DNA of 64,000 bases, from assembly GCA_001179505.1 (NCBI GenBank), contig CDMY01000226.1, positions 62,001 to 126,000 of the forward strand, in the 5' to 3' direction. The DNA is from Vitrella brassicaformis CCMP3155. Lineage: Eukaryota; Protista; Chromerida. Every line of letters starts with the position of its first letter. Position 1 is the first letter of the stretch. This document shows positions 40,401 through 53,395 of the stretch, piece by piece. The notes under the pieces are model-generated. The model saw only the letters and a list, made by a program, of their open reading frames with translations, searched no databases and had not been told where the DNA came from. Made by a program: the position numbers and the translations under genes.

Positions 40401-43400
40401 GCGGCGGCTGGTCGAGCTCGACAGCCCGCTCTTCAAAGTCCTCGACCAAGTCCGCGATGTCTGGGCCACTGAGGACGTCTACAGATCCCCGGGGCCCATC
40501 CAATTCGAGGGCCCTGTCGCCGACCTGGCCAACTACGCCGTAGCTGTGCCAACGAAGGTGCGACAGATAGACAGAAACAAAACACACGTACCCTTTAAGA
40601 AAGCATGCCACCTGTTGTCCATGTGACTGGCCGACCTACACTGCAGGAGGAGCTGACATACCCGTCGTGCGACAACCGTGCCTGCAAGAAGGCGGCCTTC
40701 CACAAGTCGCTGGATTGGCTGTCGTCGCTGCAGCGATGGCGGGTGACGATAAGGCCGACCATCCCCGCACTCTGCTCGGACATGAAGGCGCGTGCGCGGC
40801 AGACCGACCAGTACATCCCCAAGGACCCATACACACTCAAGCAGACACTCGTGCACTACCCACACCTCTCAAACAGGTCAATCAATGATACTGCCTGCAG
40901 CAGTGAACTCGCAGACAGCTAGCGCCATCAAGATTGTTTGTGTGCGCTCCCCTCCCTCTCGTCCCTTTCTTTGTTTCTCCCTTCAGGCATCAGTTTTACA
41001 TTCAGGAGATGCAGCACGACAAGTACACTCCCCCCATCTCCCCCGGTCTGCGGATCGGCGTGGTCTTCATGTCGAGACAGGCGCCGGGCGTCATGAACAT
41101 CCTCTGGGGTATCCACGAGCGCCTCAGGCTCGTGCAGGGCACATGCATCGGCTTCTACGGGCTCAACGGGCTGCTCGACTGCAAGTTCTGCGAACTGGAA
41201 GAGGACGATCTCGCCCCATACGTCAACATGGGAGGCATGGAGATCCTCGGCAGGTAGGTGAGATACACTGATTGATGCCTGGATACTCCCGTAGGCTCCG
41301 TGCGGCCCGGCCCGCTGATTATTGATTTCCCTCTGTGCGTCCGGCAGGTCGCTGAGTCACTCGTTGATGCACACAGAGTGCCAGGAGAAGGCGCGCAAGA
41401 CGTGCGCGGTAAGCGAGCAGGGTAGAGAGCGTGCGACATGCTGAGGGTCCGGGTATGCTTTGTCGTTGTGTTGGCTGCACTGCAGACCCTCTATCTTGAC
41501 GGCCTGGTGCTGGTGGGTTCAGCCTTTGCCATATCTGAGGCGGCCATGCTCACCGAGTACTTTTTGCTGAAGGGCTGCGGGACGTCTGTGATCGGCATCC
41601 CCGCCACTGGCTCCAACAATGTGAAGCACGAGCTGATCGAATGCTGCATCGGCTTCGACTCCACCAGCAAAGTGTATGCGTCTCTGGTGGGCAACATCCT
41701 CACCGACGCTGCGTCGATGCCCAAGTACTGGCACTTCGTCCGCATCATGGGCAGAGACCCCTCGACGGAGGTCAGGCATCACAGCTTTATGTCCATCCAT
41801 CCATCCATGTGCTTCTGTCTGTCTGCCTTTTCGTCAGGTGTTGGAGTGCGCCCTCCAGACTCATCCCAACGTGGTGATCATCGGAGAAGAGTATGGCGCA
41901 GCAGACAAGACACTCGTCCACATCGTCCAGGTACCTACCTGCCCCCCTCCCCCCCCACCCCCNNNNNNNNNNNNNNNNNNNNNNNNNNNNNNNNNNNNNN
42001 NNNNNNNNNNNNNNNNNNNNNNNNNNNNNNNNNNNNNNNNNNNNNNNNNNNNNNNNNNNNNNNNNNNNNNNNNNNNNNNNNNNNNNNNNNNNNNNNNNNN
42101 NNNNNNNNNNNNNNNNNNNNNNNNNNNNNNNNNNNNNNNNNNNNNNNNNNNNNNNNNNNNNNNNNNNNNNNNNNNNNNNNNNNNNNNNNNNNNNNNNNNN
42201 NNNNNNNNNNNNNNNNNNNNNNNNNNNNNNNNNNNNNNNNNNNNNNNNNNNNNNNNNNNNNNCCCCTCCCTCCCCCACCAAACTCACACATCACCTGCGC
42301 ATGACACATTTGCTTAGTGGCTGACAATGGCAACCCTTGTTTGTGTGTCAAACAGGACATAGCTGATGTGGTGGTGAAGCGTGCAGAGATGGGCAAAAAC
42401 TTCGGCACGGTGTTGATCCCCGAGGGTCTGCTGTCGCACCTGCCCAACATGCGCAACCTGGTGGCCGAGCTCAACCTGGTGCTCAAGGACATGTCGGACA
42501 GCGGCCAGCTGCGCCAGTTCCAGACCAAGATGGTCCACCTGGAGGAGCTCGACGCATCGGAGCTCAGCACCATCACCGACAAGATAGCCCCCTGGAGCCT
42601 CGCACTCTTCAAGTCCTTCCCCAAATTCATCCGACGCGAGTTCCTGCAGCTCGACATGGGCGAGGTCACAGACACAGAGGGAGGGAACGGCAGCCAGACA
42701 TGCACACAACACGGGCGCCATGTGAGTGTCTTTCTTGGCCAATCTGTGTCATCAGATGCGGTTCACCCACATCGAGACGGAGCAGTTGCTGCGGCAGATG
42801 GTGCAGCAGGAACTGGAGAAGAGACGGTCATACGGCAGGTCAGTCAGTGGCTGAACCTCAGCTTCCTCGCGGACACCAATGGATGGATGATGCCTGAGAC
42901 CGACATAGACCTGAGAGCTTCTCTGGTCGTGTGTGTCAGGTATAGTGGCAAGTTCCAGGCCGTGACTCACTTCTTTGGCTACCAGGGCCGCTCGTCGATG
43001 CCCTCAGAGTTCGACGCACAGCTCGGCTTCACACATGGGTGAGTGAGTCAGTGAGCGAGTGGGTGGCCCACCCAGATGAGGATCTTAGTGTCTGTGTCAT
43101 CTCATCTATCAGCCACCTGGCGGCCATGTGTGTTGAGAGCGGTCTGACGGGCTACCTGACGACTGTGAGAGGACTCTGCGGACCCGCGTCTACATGGAAG
43201 ATGGGAGCCGTACCCTTTCCGTGCCTCCTCAAGGTGAGCTAAGCTAGCGACATGAATGACACCACACAGACAGAGCACAGAGACAAGAGGACGGACGATA
43301 TCTATCGGAGATGGATTGTGGTGTGTGTCGTGTGCAGGTTCTGCCCCGGTCAGGCGATGAAGTGAATGTCGTCCTGGAGAATGTGCCCCTCGTCCCCTCA

Positions 43401-44161
43401 GCTGAGGTCGATCTTGAGGGCAAGGCATTCAGGTCAGTCAGTGTCACACACCATTTGGTTGGCGCAAAACCATGACAGCCTGCCTGCACTCGTGTGGCTC
43501 CCTCCCCTGTCTAACCAGATGGATGAAGAACAGCATCTCCGGGTGGGAGATGGAGGATCGGTTCTGCAACCCGGGGCCCATTCAGTTTAGCGGCAGAGCG
43601 GCCTCCTTCTACAACCGCATACTGCACGAAGAGCAGGCTGAGTACCTCGAGATGCTCAGACACGTAGAGGCTTACACACAAGTCCTACATGACACATGCC
43701 GGTAGGTACACAACACAACACACACACCCGCACACAGACAGACAGACAAGGGAGAGGGCCAAACAAATCATCATCATCATCTCGCCCTGCCTCCCTCTCT
43801 CCCTGCCTGCGTGTGTGTCAGCTTTGGTGTGGACGAGAATTTCCTCAAGACGGCGTACGTGACGCTCAACTCCCTGCTGACTCTGCGGTTCCATCCCGAC
43901 GACGTGCTGTCTTACGGCATCCCGGTCTCGCAGCACCTGTCGGACCACCACCGCCACGAGGCTCTGAGCAACCAACAGGTGCTCATGGGGGCCCTCCGGG
44001 CGGCCAAGTCAGACCGAGCTCACCTGGTGGGCGACAATGACCGAGAGGAGAGCCGCGAACTCTACGACGAGCGCAAGTTCCTCCCGGCCAACGGCAAGCG
44101 GCCGCACGGGGGACAGACAGCCATCGGGCTGTCGCCGGCAAACACTCGGGGCATTCGCTAG
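37489..44161 (+). CDS. PFK: Phosphofructokinase of the PPi-PFK ('long') family with fused catalytic and degenerate halves, Plasmodium PFK9-like architecture
   Basis: MHEEFE|KLKPV start. First half: [83 protein letters not shown]. Second half: [40 protein letters not shown]. More than 20 exons; stop at 44161. Confidence 0.95.
41963..42262. other. Assembly gap (300 N) inside a PFK intron
   Basis: Run of N flanked by C-rich tracts; exons either side join in frame (HIVQ|DIADVVVKR). Confidence 0.99.
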
Positions 44162-45584
44162 ACAGACAGACACACAGACAAAACAATGTCAGTCGCCGGC
44201 TTTTGTAGTTGGTAGGCACTTCCCAGAGCAGGGGGACCGGGAGACGGGCAGGGGGCCGCTCTGGCTGGGCGTGTGTGTGTGTGTGTGTTGTGTGGATGTG
44301 TTGTGGCAGCTTTATGACAGCCCGACCGTCCTTCGTGTGTACGTGTGCGTGTGCGTCAGGCCAGGCCTTTTTCATCTGGCAACTACTAACACACTTTGTA
44401 TGGCCTGCCTGCCTGTCTGCCTGTCTGCGCGCATCCCATCATGCGGGCGGGAATGCTCCCCTTTTTGCAGCCAGCCGCCGACACAATTAGTGCTGGGAGG
44501 AAGCATGGCCGGAAGGTCTTTCTGCAGTTTTGGGAACGTAGCTATCGATGAGTGTGTGATTGACTGAGAGGGCTATGAGAGACGTGTGGTGAAGTGTACT
44601 CTACCTGCTACCTGGATGGCGACGTCTGCTTGCCCGTGGGGAGCAGCCATCGATCGCCTTTTATCATATATGCTGGCTGCTCGTCACATCACGTGCTGTG
44701 TGCGCACGGGAGGGACCTTTCTTGTCGCATAGCGCGGTTTCAACCATGACAGACAGCACATACATCGTTCTCTCAGCCTTTAGATAGCGAGTCCATCCCT
44801 TCATCCATCCCATTTCTTATCGAACAAAGTCCAGTCAGTCCCAAGGGGTAATATCCAGCAGCAACATGCAGCCAGCTGTACACTCACCCACCACACACGG
44901 ACATGCACACCCAAGCAGGTAGGGTAGGCGGAGGCAGTGAGGCCGCTCCACGCAGCCATCGACTGCCTGGACGAGCCATGCCTATGAATTGTGTCGTGTC
45001 GTGTCGTGTCGTGCCGCGTCGTGTTGTTTGTCCGAACGAACAGCAAACCAAAAAGGGATTCCGGTGCGTCGACGCTGCCCCCCATCCCTCCCCTCCTGCC
45101 GCTGTGCTGTCCGCATCGATGGACAGACAGTACAACGGGGGGAAACAAGACAGACAGACAGACAGCAAAGCAGTGGAGAAGACCCAAGCAAAGACATACA
45201 CATTCAGATACATCGACTGCCGAGTCCGTGTACACCATCAACTCATCCCTCCCGCCCGGCCACATCCTCCCATCCCCAGCAGTCCATCCACCCACCCGTG
45301 TGTCAATCGGCCCTTACACAGACAGACATGTATGGCCCGGCCCCCTCTATAAACAAGTACACACAACAGACGGACGGACGGACGGACGGACAGACCGACC
45401 GGCCGACCGACCGACCGACCGACCGACCGATGTGTGACTCACGGTGGGCACCTCCCTCACCTGTACACCACTGAAAAAAGTTGCACGCACACACGACACG
45501 CACCTGTGTGTGTGATGGGGTGCGGCCTGTGTGCGTGCGTTGCGACAGCCCCCCCACCCCCCCTGCTGTGTGGTGTTGGTCTGT

Positions 45585-46520
45585 CTAGCCAGTCAGAACG
45601 ACGGTCTTGCTGGGGTCCTTGGTGCGGTGGGCCTTCAGACCAGCGGTGCTCGGCAGGCGTGTCTTCTCGAGCTGCTCCTCGGCCACAGCAGCCTCAGTGT
45701 TGTCTATCTGCTGCACAACAGGCTGTGGGGCAGCAGGCGCCTCCTCGATGGTGGGATCACGGTCCTCTTGCTCGCGAGGCTGCTGCTCCTGCTGTGGTTG
45801 CTGCTGGTGCAGGCGGGGGACTGTGATGGTGAGCAACCCGTTGGCGTCAGCCGATGCAAGCACGCCCTGACCTCCCGTGCAGCCGCAGTCTGCGTCACGA
45901 GGCAGCTGAACACACACACACACACTCTCCTCACCGTTTTATCAGCGCCCCTCTCTGCCTCCCTGCTAACCTGCTCGACGATCTCGAGGATGGAGAGGGA
46001 GCCGCCCATGGCGTCACCGTCGTTGCTGGCGTAGCGGATCCGCAGCATCTTGTCGTGCGACACGGCCACATCCACGTCCTTGTCGTCCACCACACCCGAG
46101 CTGCCCACAGGCAGCTGAATCTGGTATGTGTAGGCCTGGGGGGTCTCGTCGATCAGAGAGAGAGAAGGCACGGAGCCGCGGAAGGCGAAGGGCGAGTGAC
46201 GGAGGCCGATGTTCATGTCCAGGAGGGGTGTGATGGACAGCCGGGGCATCCGGAGGCGGTCCAGGCTGAGCAGAGAAGGCAGCTGCACCGTCAGCTCATC
46301 CACGTCGCTGAATATCGACCTGACGCACAACAGAACACAGCGAACAGGCAGTTCGGGTGTGTACGGTAGGTACGTGAGAACAAGTCCACTCTGTGTGTGG
46401 CCAGCACCTGAAGCTGTCCATGGGGGAGGAGAAGACTGACTTGAGCTGCGCGCTCCGGGCGGCATCGCGCGAGGCGAAGCACGCACCAGCGAGGGACAGC
46501 AGAACAAACGCACGCATCAT
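45585..46520 (-). CDS. Small heat-shock protein (HSP20/alpha-crystallin-like) with N-terminal signal peptide
   Basis: MMRAFVLLSLAGACFASRDAARS leader; alpha-crystallin-like IDETPQAYTYQIQLP...KDVDVAVSHDKMLRIR...LPRDAD...VLASADANGLLTITVP. Confidence 0.8.
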
Positions 46521-46643
46521 CTTCACTTTTGTGTGTCCGAGAATCGTGTCTTGCCTGTTGAGATTCGTGAAACGCACTTTTTCCAGCTCGCATCGGGAGC
46601 TCGAGCTGGAGGCGAAGAGGGTAGGTGTAGAGCTGTGTGTGTA
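46521..46643. promoter_or_regulatory. Probable bidirectional promoter between the small HSP and Tra2-like genes
   Basis: Only 123 nt separate two divergent ATGs; nearly free of microsatellites. Inferred from geometry only. Confidence 0.55.
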
Positions 46644-48411
46644 ATGAACGGTGAGTTGAAGGAGGGACTACCCGGCCCCGGTGAGTCGTCAGCCAACCTG
46701 AAGGAGGAGATGGACACGGCTCAGCAGGACAACAGGGACGAGCAGGACGGCCACCACCCCAACGAGTACGGCGACAGGTACGACGAGAAGGAGCGGGGCG
46801 GCGCTGACCGATACGACGAGCAGGAGAGGCGCGATGACGACCGAGACCACGACACAGACAGGGGCACTGCGCGACGCAGGGAGGAAGAGGACAACCAAGA
46901 CGGTTCGTTGGGAGGAACACACTGGGAGGAGAGGGAGGGAGAGGCCCGACGCACACGGATGGATGTCGTGCATTCTTGTCGTGTCTCTGTGTGCTGTCGT
47001 TCTGTTGGGTCGGTGCGGTACGGTGCAGGGAACGTGTTGTATGTGACGAACCTGCACACCCGTTGTGACCAGAGCCAGCTGATCAAGGAGTTCGACCGTG
47101 ACTTCAAGGACTCCATCACCGACACGAGGGTCGTCCTCAACCCCGTCACCAGGTAAGTCACCCCACGAGACGACAGACAGCCACGGACATGTATGTTCGT
47201 GTGCATGCCCTTGTTGTTGTGTGTTGTGTGTGTTGTGTTGTGTCAGGGAGTCTCGCGGTTTTGCGTTCATATCGTTCACGTCTCCCGCTGAGGCTGACCG
47301 AGCCATGCGCCACATGAACGGCGTCAAGATCATGGGTGCGTACGTACGGCAGACAGCCAGACAGACACGCGACTGACTGACTGACTGACGGGCCTCTGGG
47401 CGTGGCGTGTGAGTGGTGCACTCACTCACTGCGGTGTGTGTGTTCTCGTGTCTTGTGTTGTGGCCTGGCTGTGCTGTCTGTGTGCAGGCAAGGAGATCAA
47501 GGTTGAGATAGCCCGTCGTTCCCGCCCCTACGAGCGCACCCCAGGCACCTACAAGGGCCCTGCATGTAACTAACTGACCAACACCAGCACCCACCACCCA
47601 ACACCAGCAATCAATCACCCACAAGCCAGCATCGATCCATGGAAAGGAGCTGACCCATCTTGGCCCGCCGTGCCCTGTTGTCTGGCTGTGCAGCGGCGAG
47701 CATCAAGTACGACCGTTACGGACGGATCAAGCCCGAGTTCGCTGACTATGAGGCGCGCATCTCTGGCGGCGGGGGTGCCAGCGTGTTCCCCGCTCCACGG
47801 ATCATCCAGCCGCCCCTCGAGGCATACAGCTACAGCAGGGACAGGGGGTCAGCCACCCGCACGGACAGACAGACAGACAGAGGAGAGGCAGGGATACTTC
47901 GGGTGGCTGGGTGTTGGTGGTGTGTGCTGCAGGTACGACCGCGGCTATGACCGCGGCGGGCGGTACGACACCCGCCGCGACGACTACTGGGAGAGTGCAC
48001 GATACAGGGAGTACGACGACCGAGACAGAGAGTGAGCCACGTCACACCCGACACAGCACAACAACACAACACCACACATCCCGACGCACATGTGTCTGAG
48101 TTGTGTGCCTCCCTGGTTTGATCCATCTGTTAGTCGTGGTCGTTATCGCGAGGAGGATTACTATCGTGGGGGCTACGACCGGGACCGCGTGAGCTCTCGC
48201 TACTACGAGTACGACGACCGCAGATACTCAGGCGGAGCCGCCAGATACGATGAACGGTGCGCTTAACAAAGAAGGATGCCAGAGACGGGCTGTTCATGCT
48301 TCACCATGTGTGTGTGTGTGTGAATGTATGTGTGTGTGCAGTGACTATCGTCGTTATGACGACCGAATGATGCGGGGCCGCGAGCGGTCCCGCTCACCCA
48401 GACGCTACTAA
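46644..48411 (+). CDS. Transformer-2/SR45a-like single-RRM splicing factor with RD/RY-rich tail
   Basis: RRM NVLYVTNLHTRC...ESRGFAFISF..PAEADRAMRHMNG..IM|GKEIKVEIARRSRPYERTPGTYKG, where the post-RRM motif resembles Tra2/SR45a. Tail ends RERSRSPRRY* (TAA 48409-48411). Confidence 0.88.
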
Positions 48412-48574
48412 GCGCGGCCCAGCCCAGCCCCCGCGGCAGCTCGGCTTGCGGCCGAGCAGTGCAGCCATGAATCGAGTGAAGCCCCAGCTGCTTCCTCGTC
48501 CGTGTAGTGCGTGGTCTGTCTGCCTGCCTGCCTGCCACTTGCTGCGATCCATCCATCCATCCACCCCCACCCCC

Positions 48575-48874
48575 NNNNNNNNNNNNNNNNNNNNNNNNNN
48601 NNNNNNNNNNNNNNNNNNNNNNNNNNNNNNNNNNNNNNNNNNNNNNNNNNNNNNNNNNNNNNNNNNNNNNNNNNNNNNNNNNNNNNNNNNNNNNNNNNNN
48701 NNNNNNNNNNNNNNNNNNNNNNNNNNNNNNNNNNNNNNNNNNNNNNNNNNNNNNNNNNNNNNNNNNNNNNNNNNNNNNNNNNNNNNNNNNNNNNNNNNNN
48801 NNNNNNNNNNNNNNNNNNNNNNNNNNNNNNNNNNNNNNNNNNNNNNNNNNNNNNNNNNNNNNNNNNNNNNNNNN
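48575..48874. other. Assembly gap (300 N)
   Basis: Run of N. Confidence 0.99.
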
Positions 48875-49525
48875 CTGCCTGCCTGCCTGCTTGATGACTG
48901 CTGCCTGCCTGATTCGTGCGTTGCGCTGTGGCTGGCTGCGGGGCGGCCTGGGCCGGCGGGACTCGACTAGACAGACCCACCAGACCCAGCGATTTTGCTG
49001 CCTCGTCCGACCGGCTCTATTTTTTCGTCCTCCTCCCCCGAGCCTGCGACCCGCCGCTCTCTCTCGACAGCCAACGAACCGCCCAACTAGTCAGACAAGG
49101 GAGCGGCTCGACGGAGGGAGGTTCAGCCAGACAGCCGCCCGTGCACGAGGACTGGCTGCTGCGTACAGTGTGGGGTGGCTGCTGTGAGTGTGCGTGACGT
49201 AGTTTGGCTGCCTGCCGTGCGGTGCGTGCGTTTGAAGGATTAAGACATCTCTCTCGGCTGGACCGCCATTCATCCATCCATCCATCGGCTCCTGCTGCAG
49301 TGAACGGCCATCGCCGCATAGCCGCATCAGCAACAGCTCAGCTGCATCCATCCCAGCACAGCACAGCACGGCAGTCATCAGCCGCCATTCAACCAGCCAG
49401 CCTCACTTTGGTCGTTCAGCATTCATCCATCCATTCATTTATCGCTGCAGCTTCCCTTCCGTGGATGCCTCTCTCTGTCTGTCTCTGTCTCTGTCTCTGT
49501 CTGTCGTTCCTGCCCTGCCTTCCCG

Positions 49526-50584
49526 TCAGGGCATGGCGTGTACGAAGCCTGCTGTGTCCCGCGCGACCGCAGTCGAGTACAGGCTCGCAGTGCTGAGAAC
49601 GGCGCCCTGACCGACGGACACACAGCACAACACGTCACGGCACGAGACACATTCATGATGGATGGTGTCTTATATGTGTGTTATGCAGGTGTGTTGGTTC
49701 GTTGTGAGTGGGTGGATGATGAGTCGAGTCACCTCTTTGCCCAGACTGACGAGATAGTTGTGAAGCGTTAAGTAGTCTGTGTGCTCGGCCGGCAAGTTGA
49801 TGTGGTCGGTCGACAAGGCATAGACTCTTATTACGATGCTGTCGAGAGAACAGACAGAAAGGGGAGACAGACAGACAGACAGAGCAGAGAGTGTTCATTG
49901 TGTGTGTTAGACAGAGTGTGGTTCCTCTCGTCCACCAGTGAAAGGGTCGCGTAGATGAAGATGAGACGTGTGGACAGGGGCCTGTGTACGGTAGAGCCAC
50001 CTTCGCCCCTGTGTACGGTGTGCCACAATCAATCAAGATGCATTGTGTGGCACATTTATTTCATTCATGTGGACTGACTGCGATTGACTGACTGATTGAT
50101 CGTACCAATTGCATTGAGGTCTGTCGAGTCTGATATTGCTGTGACGGTCTTGGGGAGGTCGTAGACAAGCATCAGGGGCTCCTGCGCGTCTTGGTCATAC
50201 TGTGCCTCACACACAACACATACGTACATATCACACACGCATCATCATGTCTCTCTCTTTTTTTCTGCTCTTACGGCGATGAGAACGGACGACTTGGTGC
50301 CGCTCGGTGCATCCTCCCAATACAACTGCGGCATCTCGTTCTTGTCTCCACACTCCAAGCCGTAATGAGCACCAGGCAGTGCCAGAGACTTGTCGTCCGG
50401 CAGGACACAGGAGCTGCTGCCAAAGTCCCGGCGAGTCGAGTACACGGAGAAGGCCTGCACAGTCGACTGCGACAATGAGAGTGACAGTTCTGTTTGTTGT
50501 TTGGCCGACCGTGGCATGGTGGTGGTGCGAGACAGGGCAACAGACGAGCAACACGACGAGGCACTGCCAGCGAAGCAGCATCAT
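49526..50584 (-). CDS. Secreted PEBP-family protein of the bacterial YbhB/YbcL type (6 exons; not visible as a single ORF)
   Basis: Hand-spliced: MMLLRWQCLVVLLVCCPVSHHHHAT|STVQAFSVYS...GLECGDKNEMPQLYWEDAPSGTKSSVLIA|YDQDAQEPLMLVYDLPKTVTAISDSTDLNAI|GAKVALPYTGPCPHVSSSSTRPFHC|IVIRVYALSTDHINLPAEHTDYLTLHNYLVSLGKE|GAVLSTASLYST...HAMP*. Matches the YbhB/YbcL pattern (N.SP.L.W..AP.GTKSF.., Y.GPCPP, H.Y.F.V.AL). All junctions are GT-AG and in frame. Confidence 0.82.
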
Positions 50585-50873
50585 GGTGCTCGATGATTGA
50601 TTGATTGATTGATCGATCGATTGTATGCGATTGATTCAGCAAATTGCCTTGGCGCGACAGTCAGAATATATAATCAATCACGTCTAGACAGACAGACAGA
50701 CTGACAGACTGACTAGCCTACAAGGCGACCGGACCGATCGACCCACCAACAGACAGACCTACAATGAATGTCCCACGACTCGACGGCATACACACGTACC
50801 TACATTCAGTCATCAGTGCACTGACTGACTGACTGACTGACTACGGCAGAGCCATCGATCATTGATTGATTCC

Positions 50874-52446
50874 TCAGTCTATGGAATGCATCCATCCCAT
50901 CCATACCATCACTCCTCCCCCACACGGGACTTGTGCACCACCTCCGCACGTCCGCCGCCAGCGCGGAAGGCCCGGCCCAAAAGGCTGCCGCCACAGCCAA
51001 ATGGCATCCCACGCATTCAGCACATCCTTGACCACACCACAGACGAGTGCCACTGTGCGCGGGTAAAGCGCCGCGCCCATCATGCCGCGGACTGGGGGCT
51101 CCGTTGTGAAGACAAAGAAGCAGATGCTGCCGAATACCGTCAAGTAGACTGCAAAGTCGTCGATGGACTTGTCCCCAGACAGAATCACAATCGTATCCTT
51201 TAATTGAGCAGGCTTCTCTTCACCGATGTCAGCCGCCTTGCGATAGCCCCGCCAGGTGGGCCTGGCTGGGCGGCCACCTGAGCCGCCAGCTGCTGCCCGG
51301 CATCTATTGTTGTGAAGACTCTCTCATCCAGATGTCGAGCGATGACGCGTCCGTCGTACCGGTCATGGTAAGCTGAGTGGACTATAAGGTCGGTGAACGA
51401 TGAGAGGGCTCTGTTTCCACCTGCAGGCAGACAGGCAGGCAGGCAGACAGGCAGGCAGGACACAGACCAACACGTTGAAGACCAGGAAGACAACATCGCC
51501 TTCATGTGCTGACTCGCTTCTTACATGTGGTGGGCGGGTCGAATGCGGCAGAAGGCAACACACCGGGCGTCTGGTATGTCATAGGCTGTGAGCTCGACCC
51601 CAGGCAGTCTTGATTGTCAACACGGCCCACTCGGAGGGTGTAGACCAATCGACGGCTGAAGAGTGAGTACTGCCGCACCGCTCCCGGCCGCGCGTCAAAG
51701 ACGGCCCTGCTGCCCACCGCCTTCAAGTCGTCCGCTGTGACGACAATGGGCAGTGAGGGCATCATGCCGCAGTTCCTCACGAAGTGGATGAGCGGCACGA
51801 TGGGCTCCCAGCAGCCTCCCTCCTCGATGACGTACAGCAGCCGCATAAGGTACTCGATTTGGCTCATCCGCTTGTCGATCCCGATTGCCAGCCGCAGGCC
51901 ACCCCACACGAGGCGAGCAACCCACACGAAGACGTCCCCAAAGCACATCATCATCTCCCTCATCTTGACTACATCTCGCCGTGCCCACTCCGCCTTGAAC
52001 GCATTAAGATACGCCCCGATTAAGAACAGAGGAAACCACTCGGAGAATGTGGCTGATCCGCTGATACGAACGGCAAGAATCTTTTGTATCAGCCACTGCA
52101 GCGGGAACAGGAGAACAGCAAACAGGATGGCGGATGCGGTGGAGAAGCCAATAATCATCGCAGCGAGGCTGCCGAGATGGCCGATGGCGGTTGAAAGGCC
52201 TCTGCAGGCGGCCTTGAGAGAGGCCTGGGCCGTCTTGTGTCGCTTGCGATAAGACAGCACGGAGTTCAGGCCGTTTGTGCGGATGGCGGCGTCGAGGCGG
52301 CCCGTGAAGAAGTCCTCATTGACTAGATGACAGCCGACGCTCATGGACGTGGCGCGGAGGGCGCCGCAGCTGTCGGCTTTGAGACACCTCAGCAGGTGGA
52401 GGGAAACATCGTCAGGAAGGCCAAGCAGATAGCTCCGGTCGCCCAT
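50874..52446 (-). CDS. Hypothetical protein with N-terminal F-box-like motif and central hydrophobic segments
   Basis: ORF 51502-52446 begins MGDRSYLLGLPDDVSLHLLRCL. Further exons at about 51420-51230 and 51190-50874. Resembles, from recall, a lineage-expanded chromerid family. The 3' end is uncertain. Confidence 0.7.
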
Positions 52447-53395
52447 TGCTCAACAGGAAATACCGAATGGGCCCTTTACTCAGTGATTCGTCCGCGGTGT
52501 CGAATTCATCCGAAATTCATCCGGTTTCTCCTCACCGAAGAGGACGAAGAGTGGCCTGACTTTCCGGCTGTGTGTGAGCCTTCCTGCTCGCTAATCGATA
52601 AGCGAGATCTCCAAGTCTGTCAGTCGGTCGGTTCCCGCAGCCCCAGCTGCGAGCTCAGCCGAAAAGCTGGCGATCCACTTGCGAGTCTGGAAAACGTCCA
52701 CGAAGCTGTATGCATGAGTACAGAAGCCAGCTTCCTGCCCAGACTCATCAGCTCCTGAGCCAAAACCCGCAGCTTTTCCATTGCAAATGACTGAAGGGTG
52801 GCATGCCAAGAAGCTGGCTCCTTTGACCAGGCTGCCAGCCTCTTGGCTAAGTTGGCTTGAATCACAGCCTTCTCATTGCAAGACACACACAACTTTCAAT
52901 CTGCCGATGAATGGGCCGGGCCGATGGATCGGTGGATACACAGGTGTCCATCCATCCATCCATCCATCATGCCCAGGCAAGGCACCCGCTCCCTCACTCA
53001 AGCAAAACCAACGGGCCATCCAACCTCACTCACTGCACACTTGGGGCAACAACACAAAAAGTGCTGCGCTGCCCTGCCGGGGAGTCCACTCATCACATCC
53101 ACGTGCAGCACAGACTGGTGCAACGCTGAGCCACAACCATCTCGCTGCGATACATCTAACCCGCCGACATGTTGTTTGCGGGCCTCATCGGGTTGCTTGT
53201 TCGATCCGGTCACTGGTGAAGAGGTCGGTGACGTGCTGCAAGCACCTCACGCAATTGCTGACTGCTTCTCTGTCTTTGAGACATATTTCTATGCATCTGT
53301 TGATTGACCGGTGTGTAGATGAATCTGTGCAGTGCAGTGCAGTGCAGTGCGGCGTGCGCGAGTGTGGTGCGGGCTGCCCCATAGGCTGTGGATGC

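Noticed and set aside
49831-50028. ORF reading TRLIFIYATL, resembling the PEBP HRYIFTVYAL motif
   Set aside because: Wrong frame; the in-phase spliced model supplies FHC|IVIRVYAL from the next exon.
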